This document shows, in pieces, positions 1 through 10,654 of a stretch of 64,000 bases of DNA. Every line of letters begins with the position of its first letter. Within the stretch, counting starts at the first letter, position 1. Location of the stretch: assembly GCA_965249485.1 (NCBI GenBank), contig OZ252239.1:160001-224000 (forward strand), in the 5' to 3' direction. The notes under the pieces are model-generated. The model ran no database searches, was not told the origin of the DNA, and saw only the letters and a list, made by a program, of their open reading frames with translations. The DNA comes from a bacterium (GTDB lineage Bacteria > SM23-31). The translations under genes were made by a program, and so were the position numbers.

Positions 1-833
1 GGCAAACCGGGTCACCTTTCGAGATCATGAGCCAGATGACCATCGTTGCTCCGGAGCTTGGTCAAGTCGTCAACCGATCGACTTCAAGCTATCTGGGGTA
101 CTTTATTATCTGGGCAACAGCTATTCCCGTGATTCCTCATATCATTATGCGCGTTTACACTGCCAAAGACGCTGCGAGCGCACGACTGTCCCTGAATCTC
201 GCGATGCTCGTGTACAGTGTCATTATCCTTGCGGCAGTGCTGGTAATTGTTCCGGTAGGTCGTATGGACTTTCCCGGGCTTGCGGACGCTGATCAGTTGT
301 TTCTCAGAGTCATAGAGTCAAAATTTTCACCACTTTTTCGCGGTATTGCGGTTACTGCAGTGTTCGCAGCGGTAATGTCCACAACAGACGCACTACTGCT
401 TGCCTGTAGTTCGGCAATTGCGCATGACATCCTGGGTGGTCTGATGCGCGAGCGTGCAAGCGAACGGACATTAGCTATCGTTCGTGTGGGTTCGACTTGG
501 ATTATCGGCATAATTGCGCTTCTCTGGGCGTTCTCACCCCCGGAATTGATCAGCCAGTTCTATACTGCGGGTGTCGGTATATTGAGTTCAAGCTTATTTG
601 TGCCGACCATCGCCGGACTATGGTGGAAACGTGCGAATCGTACCGGCGGTGTTACCGCTATAGTGGTAGGGGCTTTAGCGTACACTCTTGCTGTCTTAGG
701 TATCATAGACTTCGGTGTCGCACCTATTATTATTGCATTACCGAGCAGTGCTATCGCGATGATCCTTGGAGGCATATTCGGCGCTCACGAAACACCTGAG
801 ATGTTAGCAGAGATAGGAGCACTTCATGAATAA
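1..833 (+). CDS. Sodium:solute symporter family protein (C-terminal part; starts before the window)
   Basis: Multi-TM protein with SSS motifs (PHIIMRVYTAKD, AAVMSTTDALLL, GLWWKRANRTG). Confidence 0.85.
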   Translation, partial: QTGSPFEIMSQMTIVAPELGQVVNRSTSSYLGYFIIWATAIPVIPHIIMRVYTAKDAASARLSLNLAMLVYSVIILAAVLVIVPVGRMDFPGLADADQLFLRVIESKFSPLFRGIAVTAVFAAVMSTTDALLLACSSAIAHDILGGLMRERASERTLAIVRVGSTWIIGIIALLWAFSPPELISQFYTAGVGILSSSLFVPTIAGLWWKRANRTGGVTAIVVGALAYTLAVLGIIDFGVAPIIIALPSSAIAMILGGIFGAHETPEMLAEIGALHE

Positions 834-1842
834 TAGTATCTACTTTCCTTCCATCACAATGAAAGACTTCAAGTCAGTGTCACTTCGTCTTTTACTTGCC
901 ATTGTTCTCATGTTGAGTGGTTGCGCTGAATCTGATCGAACCGATGGTACTGTTCAGTATCCGGATGATTCTTTCACCGTGCCGGACAACAATGAGCCCC
1001 GTTATGGCCTAAATGAGGGACCCACAGTCGGAATAGACGAAGCACATAAGAACTACCACACTGCTGAGGACAGGTATCGGCCATTCGCCAACCTACTTCG
1101 TGATGATGGTTATCGCATTGGACAATTCACCGAAACATTTAGAGGGGATGCACTAAATAAATTTGACGTACTTGTGATCTCCAACGCGATATCTTCTGAA
1201 AAGGAAAAAGATTGGAGCTTACCCACTGTCTCTGCATTTACGATGGAGGAAGTTGAGGCGGTCGAGGAGTGGGTAAGAACAGGCGGTCGGCTCATGCTAA
1301 TCGCTGATCACATGCCACACCCCGGAGCGGCGGAAAAACTGGCAAGAGCCTTCGGTGTAATTTTTTATGATAGTTACGCATACCGGCCGAATAGTTTCGA
1401 AGATCGTGAAAGCCAGTTTATTTTCTCGAAGGAGGAAGGACTCTTAGCAGATCACACTGTCACACGCGAAGACGGAGGGGGTGAGGTTCCATTCGTGGTA
1501 ACATTTACGGGGCAGGGATTTCGCGTTCTTCCAAACGTGCATGAGGAACCGCTATTGTATCTTGCAGACGATTCGTATTTGCTGCTTCCCACCAAAGCGT
1601 ATGAGTTCGATGAGAGTGCTGCGCGTGTTCCAGGGATCGGGTTTCTTCAAGGTGTATTGATAAAGCACGGGTCAGGACGGGTGGCTATGTTTGGTGAAGC
1701 GGCGGCCTTTACTGCGCAGATTCAAGAGCGGGCTACCGGCTCTTACCCGTTCGGCATGAATAACGCAGTTGCTCCACATAACGCCCGGTTTCTTCTCAAT
1801 GTCATGAACTGGCTCACTGCAGAACCTGGAGGCACCCCGTAA
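826..1842 (+). CDS. Lipoprotein, DUF4350/GATase-like domain
   Basis: Lipobox LSGC; motifs IDEAHKNYHT and GGRLMLIADHMP. Confidence 0.65.
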   Translation: MNNSIYFPSITMKDFKSVSLRLLLAIVLMLSGCAESDRTDGTVQYPDDSFTVPDNNEPRYGLNEGPTVGIDEAHKNYHTAEDRYRPFANLLRDDGYRIGQFTETFRGDALNKFDVLVISNAISSEKEKDWSLPTVSAFTMEEVEAVEEWVRTGGRLMLIADHMPHPGAAEKLARAFGVIFYDSYAYRPNSFEDRESQFIFSKEEGLLADHTVTREDGGGEVPFVVTFTGQGFRVLPNVHEEPLLYLADDSYLLLPTKAYEFDESAARVPGIGFLQGVLIKHGSGRVAMFGEAAAFTAQIQERATGSYPFGMNNAVAPHNARFLLNVMNWLTAEPGGTP

Positions 1843-2215
1843 GTAATCACTATACTAATATAATTTCTGGCTCAACTTTTAAGAGAATAGTCACTGAGTA
1901 AAGGTAGCCGAAGCCGTATAGTTCAATGTAATTATGAGGCATCTGCATAGGGGTAGTAGGACACGTTTTGTTGAATAGGTGTCAGTTATTGCTATGAAGA
2001 TAAAGAGTTTCACCTCCGCTCTCAGGTAATATTGAGTATTAGAACGATTAAATAACTAAAGTACAATTGTTGCCGCCTCACGGCGTCAGCGAACCTCAAA
2101 AAAGGAAGAGCCGGATGCATGCGGCCGGATGCATGCGGAATGTTTATTTCCGTATTGTTTTCCGATTTTTCCAATTTAAAAAGAGAGCGCAGGGGTATGA
2201 GTTATATGTTGAAGA

Positions 2216-2242
2216 CTCCCCGGGCTGTACGATTGGCGAACC
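2216..2242 (+). repeat. 27-bp core repeat, copy 1 (core only)
   Basis: CTCCCCGGGCTGTACGATTGGCGAACC; lies between convergent genes. Confidence 0.85.
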
Positions 2243-2295
2243 GGCTGTTATTGCATAGATTTCGTGTAAATATCTTACTTTCCGGAATTGCATTT

Positions 2296-2781
2296 TCAGA
2301 ATGACCAATTGACAATAGGTAAAAATTTAATTGGATCGCCACTTTTATTGACATTGACAAGTCCTATCTGTAAACCGTGCAGTGTTTCCGCAATATTAAC
2401 AAGACCGAACTGGAGCCCTTTTATATGGTTCGCTGAATTGACAATCCCGGATTGAAGTCCACTGGATCTTCCCTTTGTAACATTGACAGTCCCATCCTGC
2501 CAGCCTTTGAAATTACCTTCATTGAAATTCACGAATCCATACTGCAATCCCTGCATTTCTCCTTTTACCCTGTTGACGAATCCCAGATCAAATCCGAACA
2601 TATCCTGATTAACGCCGTAAATCAGATTCAATCGGATTCCATGAATAGATTTTTCAGAATCGACTATCTGGATAGGATCCCAGATCGCAAATTGAAACGG
2701 CTTAATATCTGATTGCGCTTCTACTACCCGGGGTAAAGCAGCACAAATGACTATGAGAATAAGGATCGCTGAGCTTTTCAT
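2296..2781 (-). CDS. Secreted LA_2272-like repeat protein
   Basis: Signal peptide; repeated GLQxGxVN; ends PIVNWSF. Confidence 0.7.
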   Translation of the reverse strand: MKSSAILILIVICAALPRVVEAQSDIKPFQFAIWDPIQIVDSEKSIHGIRLNLIYGVNQDMFGFDLGFVNRVKGEMQGLQYGFVNFNEGNFKGWQDGTVNVTKGRSSGLQSGIVNSANHIKGLQFGLVNIAETLHGLQIGLVNVNKSGDPIKFLPIVNWSF

Positions 2782-2922
2782 CTAATCCTCCATTAAGGGT
2801 GAATTTTTCTGGTTTCAAATTGCAAACATCAAAAATATATAGGGTGCGGTGAAAAAGAAATTCGCCAAATCTATTTGCTTTATCTATTGTATCCCCACAA
2901 TACATTATTGTCCAATTAATCA

Positions 2923-3025
2923 CGTATGTAGTCAGAACAAGCTGAACATTTTGTATAAAAATGAAAGAAAAACACGTAACTGTTTCAAGTGTATTCTACT
3001 CGTCGGGCTGTACGATGTGCGAACC
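2923..3025 (+). repeat. Composite module, copy 2 (17-bp box 2923-2939, core 2999-3025)
   Basis: CGTATGTAGTCAGAACA, then CTCGTCGGGCTGTACGATGTGCGAACC 76 bp later. Confidence 0.85.
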
Positions 3026-3076
3026 GGTTTCTATCGCATATTTATTGTTATAAAAATCAATATGTGAATTACACTG

Positions 3077-3979
3077 TTAAGTACCAAACAAATCATCGAG
3101 CAGTGAGCGACTTGGTGACACCATAATCTTCAAAACTGTCTGTTCGTAAACCTGATACAACTGAGGAAGCTTGGCCTTCAAGTCAGCTCCATTCTTGATC
3201 GTCCACTCATTCCCTCCCCCTCCATAGGGATCCTGGAGGTTCCAAGCGGTAAATATGACCCAATAACCAAATTCCTGAAGTTTAACCCTTAACCTCCGTT
3301 CTTCATCTTCAATTCTATCGTATGATGTGTCATCGTAATACCCTTTCTCTACCGCTTCCAGCATCATCTGATGAAGTTTCGATCCGCTTGTGACGGCCCA
3401 CTCTTCGGGAAATGTGTAATGAAGACCTACGTCGTTTGCATAGTGCAAGATGTGCTCGATGACCTCCCTAACCTGGCGTACGGGTGGAGCTTCATGAATA
3501 GTGTCGCATACACTGTTCTGACTTTTTGTGAAGTCCCATGCCGCCTTATCTTCGGGAGACATGTCACGAAAACCGTTGAAGGTTTCATGCTGAACGAGAG
3601 GAATCAAAGCTCTATACGTGTACATGTTCCTTATAAACTCTTCCTGAAGCGCATCATCGATAGAACCTCCCCGCGGAAACATCTCTGTGATGGTTTGAGC
3701 GACCCCCCGCATAAAGTCATCGGAGATATCATCCCGGCCAATCAGAGTAATGCCGTAGACCGTGAGTTTTTTCGTGAACGGCTTGTGCTCGTCTGTCGGA
3801 ACGACGCCGCTATTCATATACAGATTGCCGGGTACTTCACCCACTGACGAGATCAGAATGCAGCCCCCCAAATGGGTCTTTTCCGTATCAGTCGATACCG
3901 ATTCAACCTTTTCCGGACTACAGAAGCACAGAAAGAAGGCCAAAGAAAATATTGCACAAAAAACATTTCGAGTAGACAT
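3077..3979 (-). CDS. Hypothetical lipoprotein, possible zincin
   Basis: FLCFCS lipobox-like signal; EHILH motif; RBS GGAGG. Confidence 0.6.
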   Translation of the reverse strand: MSTRNVFCAIFSLAFFLCFCSPEKVESVSTDTEKTHLGGCILISSVGEVPGNLYMNSGVVPTDEHKPFTKKLTVYGITLIGRDDISDDFMRGVAQTITEMFPRGGSIDDALQEEFIRNMYTYRALIPLVQHETFNGFRDMSPEDKAAWDFTKSQNSVCDTIHEAPPVRQVREVIEHILHYANDVGLHYTFPEEWAVTSGSKLHQMMLEAVEKGYYDDTSYDRIEDEERRLRVKLQEFGYWVIFTAWNLQDPYGGGGNEWTIKNGADLKAKLPQLYQVYEQTVLKIMVSPSRSLLDDLFGT

Positions 3980-4224
3980 AATTGAGCCTCCTTCATTTAA
4001 TCTGGTATTCCCAATATCAATATTCCGAAATAGATTAACATGGATTTTTTTGAATTATGATAGCACGTCAATATATGCTATTGAAAAGAATAAACTGTAC
4101 GTCGTCAGAACAGTTCAACATTTAGGATTATATAGTAAGCGATAGTTTTAATTTCTGCAGGTGATAATAGCATATACAGCCCCAAGTATCGACCAAGTGA
4201 CAACAATTAACATTGAAAGCTTTT

Positions 4225-5349
4225 TCATTTCAAATCCGCTTCCCATCCCATCTCCTTGAAGAACTCCTCCCGGGTTGGAAATAGAAATGAGAGGATATCA
4301 TACAGCTCTGGGTCGATTATCTTGAGGTTTTCGGGTGTCAGAGGCATGCCGTTATAGGACCGATGCCCACGAACACCATAAGAAATATCGAGTCCGAATG
4401 TCAGGAACTCGTGACTGAATGAGCGTTCAGGCAATCCATCCTGTGGCTTATAAAATCCCCGATCGATCGCAGCATAAGTTGCATGCTCAAGCCGCTCCTG
4501 AACTCCTGGATAGGCTCTCATGATGCCGCTGCCGTGGATCCGATGGGTAATTTCTTCAACCGATGCGTCGCGACGAATTCCTTCCGGTCCGCCGAGCCGT
4601 AAATAGTCGGGAATGATCTCCTCGTCCTCGAGATCCTGCGTCCGTATGCCCAGGCTCCTTCTGTGCATATAAAAACTGATTGAGGTGTTGCGTTCTTCGA
4701 ATGTATAGAAAAGCGTCATGACAGAATTTCCCTCTTTAACGTACTCGGTGATCTTTCCGGACCCCCGTCTGTCTTTTGAAAGCAGTGCGTTGGCGACATT
4801 TGCCGCATACTCGATCTTTTTGGGATCAACTCTTTCAGTAGCATAGAAGCCCATTCCTCCGCCTTCCCGCCGCTGTGTGAAAATGTCTAGCGCATTTTCT
4901 TGCTTCGGGGTTTCTTCGAGCGCTATGATGATGAGGACCTGTTCCATGAACCCGTCGCTGTTCGTCGCGCGAACCTCCGCGTAATAGTGAGCCGGATAGC
5001 TGTCGGGATGCGCCTTGAGTCTAAGCTCGGCAGTTTCAGCGTCGATTTCAACGATCTTTGTTGCATCAAGCTGGCCTTCCTTCAGGTAATTCCTCCGGTC
5101 GCCTCCGGGTACCGGCGGCACAAGACTCCAGGTAGTTTTTTTTGGGTTCGGGAACATCAGTGCGATCTTATTATTATGAGAATATATTCCGAGAACTTCG
5201 CCCAATTTTGTTGCTTTGGTCACCAAACCGCGGTCGAATTCGTTGGTGACAATGGGTTTCTGCGCATAGCTTACACTGCCGAACGGAACTGCGAACAATA
5301 ATGGAATTACTAAAAGTAATGTTTTGATAAAGGTGTTTTCTTTACGCAT
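4225..5349 (-). CDS. Hypothetical secreted protein, possible zincin-like
   Basis: Signal peptide; EEITHRIH motif; RBS GGAGG. Confidence 0.6.
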   Translation of the reverse strand: MRKENTFIKTLLLVIPLLFAVPFGSVSYAQKPIVTNEFDRGLVTKATKLGEVLGIYSHNNKIALMFPNPKKTTWSLVPPVPGGDRRNYLKEGQLDATKIVEIDAETAELRLKAHPDSYPAHYYAEVRATNSDGFMEQVLIIIALEETPKQENALDIFTQRREGGGMGFYATERVDPKKIEYAANVANALLSKDRRGSGKITEYVKEGNSVMTLFYTFEERNTSISFYMHRRSLGIRTQDLEDEEIIPDYLRLGGPEGIRRDASVEEITHRIHGSGIMRAYPGVQERLEHATYAAIDRGFYKPQDGLPERSFSHEFLTFGLDISYGVRGHRSYNGMPLTPENLKIIDPELYDILSFLFPTREEFFKEMGWEADLK

Positions 5350-5516
5350 AGTCTGCCTCCATTAGTAATATCTGCTTCCAAATTGAGTAGATGACATCTC
5401 CTTACATAATGTGAAAAGTAATAAAAAAATATAATAAAACAGATATTCCCCACATCAACTCTCTGAAAGAGATTAGTTGGGAATGTGACTTAAATATGAC
5501 GCTCTTTTAGCTGTAT

Positions 5517-5619
5517 TGTACTTGGTCAGAGCGTACCGGTCACTTTGATATAAATCAAAGTGTATGCATCGTGCAAGTATAAGTATTTTCTACTCCTCGG
5601 GCTGTACGATTTGCGAACT
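5517..5619 (+). repeat. Composite module, copy 3 (core 5593-5619)
   Basis: TGTACTTGGTCAGAGCG, then CTCCTCGGGCTGTACGATTTGCGAACT 76 bp later. Confidence 0.9.
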
Positions 5620-5709
5620 TTCGTGCTTATGTATCGTATTGGAAGCAGAAAATACGTCCGGACAATTTACAAACAAATCGTACCTGTCATACTTCCCGAG
5701 CGTCCGGCA

Positions 5710-7098
5710 CTATTTAATGAGATACAGCTCCTTATTCAGTGTCGTTAAATACTCGGTACCGGTTTCGGTGGCAACCGCCTGCTCATGATCCCAAAAGAAT
5801 AAATATTGGTCTTCATCTTTGTTGGATGTCAGTGACGGCATATAGAAAAAATACTCCAACACATAGTGGTGATTGGGTGCAAGCGGAATGTCATGCGTCC
5901 AATCCGGGCCGTACGAACCAACCCTCGGGCTAAAATCAGTATAGAGGGGATGGCAGTCGATACTCAGCAGCGTCTTTTCGGGATCATATCCGGCGGAATA
6001 CGCAGGAAAGTCGTTCTTCGGCTGCACCATATGCATCTGAGGATCCACAATAATAATCCCTGCTTCATCAAATTTTTGCTTGTAGTCTTGTACGATTTCA
6101 CGAGGGGTCAGCCCGGCCTTGATGGTTTCTACCAGAATTGCATCGATTTTCAGGTACTCTGCATAGAGTCTTTTGATTTCCGCCGGTGGTTCGGTCTCTC
6201 CTTTGCGGAGCACATAGGCAAACATTCCCTGGCTTGGAAATGCAACGATATCGCCCCTCTGGATCACACTGTTTTCATAGCCTTTCGTCCTTCCCCTTTG
6301 TGATACTCCTGTGCTTCTCCGGGTAAAAAACGTTCCCCTAAAATCGGTTCTTTTCGTTACACCCGGTACGATTTCGGAAATAGCTTTCATGACCCGTTCA
6401 TTTTGATCACTACGCTCTCTTTTCCATTTTGCAACTTCGACCGGCACCGGACTTGAAATGTAATCCAATAGCACATATTCGGACGAGACCAGCCTGTCGG
6501 CATATGTATCACCAAGCTCCTCGACCAATAAGAGGTAGTCAGTATACGAAATACCGTCCAGTACATTTTCGGTAGTCGGCCACGGTCCCAGATCTTGCAT
6601 GAAATTGACCGCAATGCGTTCGGGGTCACGTGCTTCAACAAATTCTTTGAGGCTCTTAAACCGGTAATCATATTCTGTCATAGGGTCTGACACCGGTTCC
6701 ACCACAAAAACCGGGTCGTGGATTATGTCGTAGGCTCCGCTTTTTTCGAGTAAATTGATCTCTACCTCTTCTCTTTGCCGCTGTGTAGCTCCCCAGCGGC
6801 GCCCGAGTACCGCACGTTCGATCCTGTCGCCGCCACGGTCCGTGAAGACGAAAAGGCCGGATTCACTGCCCAGCTCTTCTCTCCCAAAGCGGTCGGGAAT
6901 TGCATCTCTCATCACATGGATCCACATGTCGACATTGTTCTTCCTCATGGCCTGGGGCAAAATGAGGTCAAACTTTTCCCGGCGAATCTGATTCCTCAAT
7001 TCCACAGGTACCGGACCTCCCAAATCCTGAGCCTGTATATCAGCAAAAGGTACTGTGATCAGCACAGCAAACAAAAAAATCATACCGCGAGATTTCAT
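5710..7098 (-). CDS. Secreted M24 (Xaa-Pro aminopeptidase-like) fold protein, paralogue 1
   Basis: LPQAMRKNNVDMWI, RDPERIAVN, AYVLRKGET; start moved to MKSRG after GGAGG. Confidence 0.75.
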   Translation of the reverse strand: MKSRGMIFLFAVLITVPFADIQAQDLGGPVPVELRNQIRREKFDLILPQAMRKNNVDMWIHVMRDAIPDRFGREELGSESGLFVFTDRGGDRIERAVLGRRWGATQRQREEVEINLLEKSGAYDIIHDPVFVVEPVSDPMTEYDYRFKSLKEFVEARDPERIAVNFMQDLGPWPTTENVLDGISYTDYLLLVEELGDTYADRLVSSEYVLLDYISSPVPVEVAKWKRERSDQNERVMKAISEIVPGVTKRTDFRGTFFTRRSTGVSQRGRTKGYENSVIQRGDIVAFPSQGMFAYVLRKGETEPPAEIKRLYAEYLKIDAILVETIKAGLTPREIVQDYKQKFDEAGIIIVDPQMHMVQPKNDFPAYSAGYDPEKTLLSIDCHPLYTDFSPRVGSYGPDWTHDIPLAPNHHYVLEYFFYMPSLTSNKDEDQYLFFWDHEQAVATETGTEYLTTLNKELYLIK

Positions 7099-7221
7099 GA
7101 CTTCCTCCATTTGAAATGAATAGTGGCTTTATGTTTGTTTGTGTTATAATTCAAGAGTGGTCAGACTATATGATATTATAATTCTTACAATGGTATATGT
7201 ATGAACATCATTAAATTAGGG

Positions 7222-7324
7222 TGTATATCGTCAAAACAATGAGGGTACGATTATATAGATAGTAAGGAGTGTATTTTTATTTTACAAGTTATTTCTGCTC
7301 CTCGGACAGTACGATGTGCAAACC
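7222..7324 (+). repeat. Composite module, copy 4 (core 7298-7324)
   Basis: TGTATATCGTCAAAACA plus core 76 bp later; minus-strand TTGTAA-N17-TACTAT. Confidence 0.85.
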
Positions 7325-7369
7325 TTTACGTTTGAAATCAATAGACAGATCGTTATTGCAATTATAAAC

Positions 7370-7400
7370 AAAAAAGGCTGACTCATACGAATCAGCCTTT
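7370..7400 (-). terminator. Intrinsic terminator
   Basis: AAAGGCTGA/TCAGCCTTT stem with minus-strand T tract; identical copy at 9019-9049. Confidence 0.7.
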
Positions 7401-7425
7401 GAGATCATGTAGGAAGCCCAATTTT

Positions 7426-7491
7426 TCAGCAGCTGGATTGTTCTGTAACAAACCATACGAGCAACAACGACACAAACAACTCAAGCAACAT
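7426..7491 (-). CDS. Putative 21-aa hydrophobic micropeptide
   Basis: MLLELFVSLLLVWFVTEQSSC; purine-rich upstream; frame conserved in copy at 9075-9140. Confidence 0.35.
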   Translation of the reverse strand: MLLELFVSLLLVWFVTEQSSC

Positions 7492-7525
7492 TCATAGCAA
7501 CTCTTCCCCTTAAGTAGCTTTAGGC

Positions 7526-8875
7526 TCAATGGAGCAGGAAAATTTTCTCATTTGGTGGCTGAATCCATTCAACTCCCTTGTTGGATATAATTTGAACATT
7601 TGAAATATTAAGTGAAAGAGGAAAACCGGGTCTTTCGGGAAGGTTCGTATGGACCATATATTCAAAAGCAAAAATATTATTCTCCTGAATCACCAGATGG
7701 TCTCTATCGCGACGAAAAGGCGCCATTGACGGACCGACAGCCTCGAGACCGCCATTATTATTACCCTGCGCGTGATTATCAATGGAAAATCCCGACTTAT
7801 CTGTATTAGCGAGTGCTTCCTGGAGCAGTCTATAGTCTTCAGGGCCATCTGTAAACGGTGTATATATATAGCCTGCATCTTCCATAGCTTTGATCATAGC
7901 CTCCAATGATTCCCCGGCGGTCATGCCGACTCTCATATGCGGCCTCATAATCCATTGACCCGCTATCGCCTGATCATAGGCATATTGTATACTTTCCGGA
8001 GCACTTAATTCCCCTTCCCGCAAGATATATCCATACGTTTTCGTATCTACGCTAAACGACGAAAATCCAAAGTCCATCCAGTCAGACCCGCCAGCACCAC
8101 AATGAAATAAATCACCGCGCTGTAATATGTAATTAGGCGATCTTATTTCAGATCGATCTGAAACAGCCGAGTAGAGAACATTGGCACGTACATCCCCTAC
8201 CGACGTTACACCCGGAGTTATGCTCAACAATTTTTCCATAACTCTCTGTCGAGCTATTTCCAGAGTATTGACCTGTACTGCCACTTCCCTGAGCGTTCTT
8301 CTTGTGCGGAAATCCGTAATGAGATTCTCTGCAGACATCATTCTTGCTGCATATTTAGGCCCTAATATTTTTTGCAATTTTACATATTGCGTATAGGATA
8401 TACCGTCTGCGACAGCAAGCCAGTCAGAATAATTTACCGCAATCGTTTTCGGGTCGCGTTCAGCGACAAATTCTGTTAATTCGTCATAGACAGAGAAATC
8501 CAGCTTGCCATAATCATAACCGGTAATGGCCCGCGCAATAGCAGTAGAGCCGCGTACATCAATATTTTCAACACCAAGTCTTCTAAACATACCGCCAAAC
8601 GAAGCACGCTCGATCCTGTCTCCTAAGTCGGTAAATATCAAATAGCCGTTGAGTTGTCCAAATTCATATTCCAATGGATCGGGATCTCCGGCACGGCCAA
8701 CATGGATCCACATGTCCACATTGTTATCACGCATCGCACCCGGCAGGACAAGGTCAAGTTTATCTTTCCGTATCAGACGAAGAACTTCATTTCTATCTGG
8801 CGTATAGGTCTGTGCATTGGCTGCCGGCACTGTGAACATCACTGCAATTAAAAATAACATTACTCGAGTTATCAT
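7526..8875 (-). CDS. Secreted M24-fold protein, paralogue 2
   Basis: Near-duplicate of 9174-10553; start at MITRV after GAGGAG. Confidence 0.75.
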   Translation of the reverse strand: MITRVMLFLIAVMFTVPAANAQTYTPDRNEVLRLIRKDKLDLVLPGAMRDNNVDMWIHVGRAGDPDPLEYEFGQLNGYLIFTDLGDRIERASFGGMFRRLGVENIDVRGSTAIARAITGYDYGKLDFSVYDELTEFVAERDPKTIAVNYSDWLAVADGISYTQYVKLQKILGPKYAARMMSAENLITDFRTRRTLREVAVQVNTLEIARQRVMEKLLSITPGVTSVGDVRANVLYSAVSDRSEIRSPNYILQRGDLFHCGAGGSDWMDFGFSSFSVDTKTYGYILREGELSAPESIQYAYDQAIAGQWIMRPHMRVGMTAGESLEAMIKAMEDAGYIYTPFTDGPEDYRLLQEALANTDKSGFSIDNHAQGNNNGGLEAVGPSMAPFRRDRDHLVIQENNIFAFEYMVHTNLPERPGFPLSLNISNVQIISNKGVEWIQPPNEKIFLLH

Positions 8876-8929
8876 AACATTCTCCTCTTTTGGTTTATTG
8901 GTGATAAAAATTACGTTAAGCATATTACT

Positions 8930-8973
8930 TTTACAAGTGTTTTCTGCTCCTCGGGCTGTACGATTTGCGAACC
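8930..8973 (+). repeat. Module copy 5 (left box plus consensus core 8947-8973)
   Basis: TTTACAAGTGTTTTCTGCTCCTCGGGCTGTACGATTTGCGAACC. Confidence 0.9.
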
Positions 8974-9018
8974 TTTACGTTTGAAATTAATAGACAGATC
9001 GTTATTACAATTTTAAAC

Positions 9019-9049
9019 AAAAAAGGCTGACTCATACGAATCAGCCTTT
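9019..9049 (-). terminator. Intrinsic terminator
   Basis: Same hairpin as 7370-7400. Confidence 0.7.
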
Positions 9050-9074
9050 GAGATCTTGTAGGAAGCCCGATTTT

Positions 9075-9140
9075 TCAGCAGCTGGATTGTTCTGTAACGA
9101 GCCATACGAGCAACCACGACACAAACAACTCAAGAAACAC
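9075..9140 (-). CDS. Putative 21-aa hydrophobic micropeptide (GTG start)
   Basis: (M)FLELFVSWLLVWLVTEQSSC; AGGAGG upstream. Confidence 0.35.
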   Translation of the reverse strand: MFLELFVSWLLVWLVTEQSSC

Positions 9141-9173
9141 TATAGGAAACTCCTCCTATTTATAGATCAAGGC

Positions 9174-10553
9174 TCAATAGAGCAGGTTTATTCTCTCATT
9201 TGGTGGCTGAATCCATTCAACTCCCCGGCTTGAAACAATTTGAACATTTGAAACATTAATTGATAGTGGAAAACCGGGTCTCTCAGGAAGGTTCGTATGG
9301 ACCATATATTCAAAAGCAAAAATATTATTCTCCTGAATCACCAGATGGTCCCTATCGCGACGAAATGGCGCCATTGAAGGACCGACAGCCTCGAGACCGC
9401 CATTATTATTACCCTGCGCGTGATTATCAATGGAGAATCCCGACTTATCTGTATTAGCAAGCTCCCTCTGGATCATTTTATAATCCTCAGTGCCTATATC
9501 TTGAAAGGGTGTATATATATAACCTGCTTCTTCCATGGCTGAAATCATTGCCTGTAAAGATTCTCCGGCGGTCATGCCGACTCTCATATGATCCCGCATA
9601 ATCCATTGACCTTTTATCGCCTGATCAAATGCATATTGTATACTCTCGGGAACACTTGTTTCCCCTTCTCGCAAGATATATGCGTATGCTTTTGTATCCA
9701 CCGAAAACGATGAAAATCCAAAGTCTATCCAGTCAGACCCATGAGCATCACTATAAAAAAAATCACCACGTTGTAATACGTAATTCTCAGAGCCTGTTGA
9801 GGATTGAAATGTTTCATTTCCGGAATTTGCTCCTGAAGCTGAATAGAGAACCTGGGCACCTACATCTCCCGCCGATGTTTCACCCGGAGTTATGCCCGAA
9901 AATTTTTTCATAAGACTCTGACGGGCTATTTCCAGAGTATTGACCTGTACTGCCACTTCCCTGAGCGTTCTTATTGTGCGGAAATCCGTAATGAGATTCT
10001 CTGCAGACACCATTCTTGCCGCATATTTAGGCCCTAAAATCTTTTGCAGTTTTACATATTGCGTATAGGATATACCGTCCGCCACAGCAAGCCAGTCGGA
10101 ATAATTTACCGCGATTGTTTTCGGGTCGCGTTCGGCAACAAATTCCGTTAATTCGTCATAGACCGAGAAGTCTACTTTCCCGTAATCATAACCGGTAATG
10201 GCCCGCGCAATAGCAGTAGAGCCGTGTACATCAATATTTTCAACACCAAGTCTTCTAAACATACCGCCAAACGAAGCACGCTCGATCCTGTCTCCTAAGT
10301 CGGTAAATATCAAATAGCCGTTGAGTTGTCCAAATTCATATTCCAATGGATCGGGATCTCCGGCACGGCCAACATGGATCCACATGTCCACATTATTATC
10401 GCGCATGGCCCCCGGCAGGACAAGGTCAAGTTTATCTTTCCGTATCAGACGAAGAACTTCATTGGTATCTGGCGTATAGACATCTGGCTGTGCATTGGCC
10501 ACAGGCACAGTGAACATCACTGCAGCTAAAAATAACATTACTCGAGCTATCAT
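9174..10553 (-). CDS. Secreted M24-fold protein, paralogue 3
   Basis: LPGAMRDNNVDMWI, RDPKTIAVN, AYILREGET. Confidence 0.75.
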   Translation of the reverse strand: MIARVMLFLAAVMFTVPVANAQPDVYTPDTNEVLRLIRKDKLDLVLPGAMRDNNVDMWIHVGRAGDPDPLEYEFGQLNGYLIFTDLGDRIERASFGGMFRRLGVENIDVHGSTAIARAITGYDYGKVDFSVYDELTEFVAERDPKTIAVNYSDWLAVADGISYTQYVKLQKILGPKYAARMVSAENLITDFRTIRTLREVAVQVNTLEIARQSLMKKFSGITPGETSAGDVGAQVLYSASGANSGNETFQSSTGSENYVLQRGDFFYSDAHGSDWIDFGFSSFSVDTKAYAYILREGETSVPESIQYAFDQAIKGQWIMRDHMRVGMTAGESLQAMISAMEEAGYIYTPFQDIGTEDYKMIQRELANTDKSGFSIDNHAQGNNNGGLEAVGPSMAPFRRDRDHLVIQENNIFAFEYMVHTNLPERPGFPLSINVSNVQIVSSRGVEWIQPPNERINLLY

Positions 10554-10654
10554 AATTTGCTCCTCCCGTGATTAAACATATATTCCTTGATATCAATACA
10601 TTCATAGAGATTATTTTGAACTGTGTTGAAATTTGAAGCTATTTTAAGATGTGA

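Noticed and set aside
7378..7395. CTGACTCATA..ATCAG resembling the tRNA anticodon arm (secondary att)
   Set aside because: Short match inside a normal terminator; loop length differs and no TGACACA arms nearby
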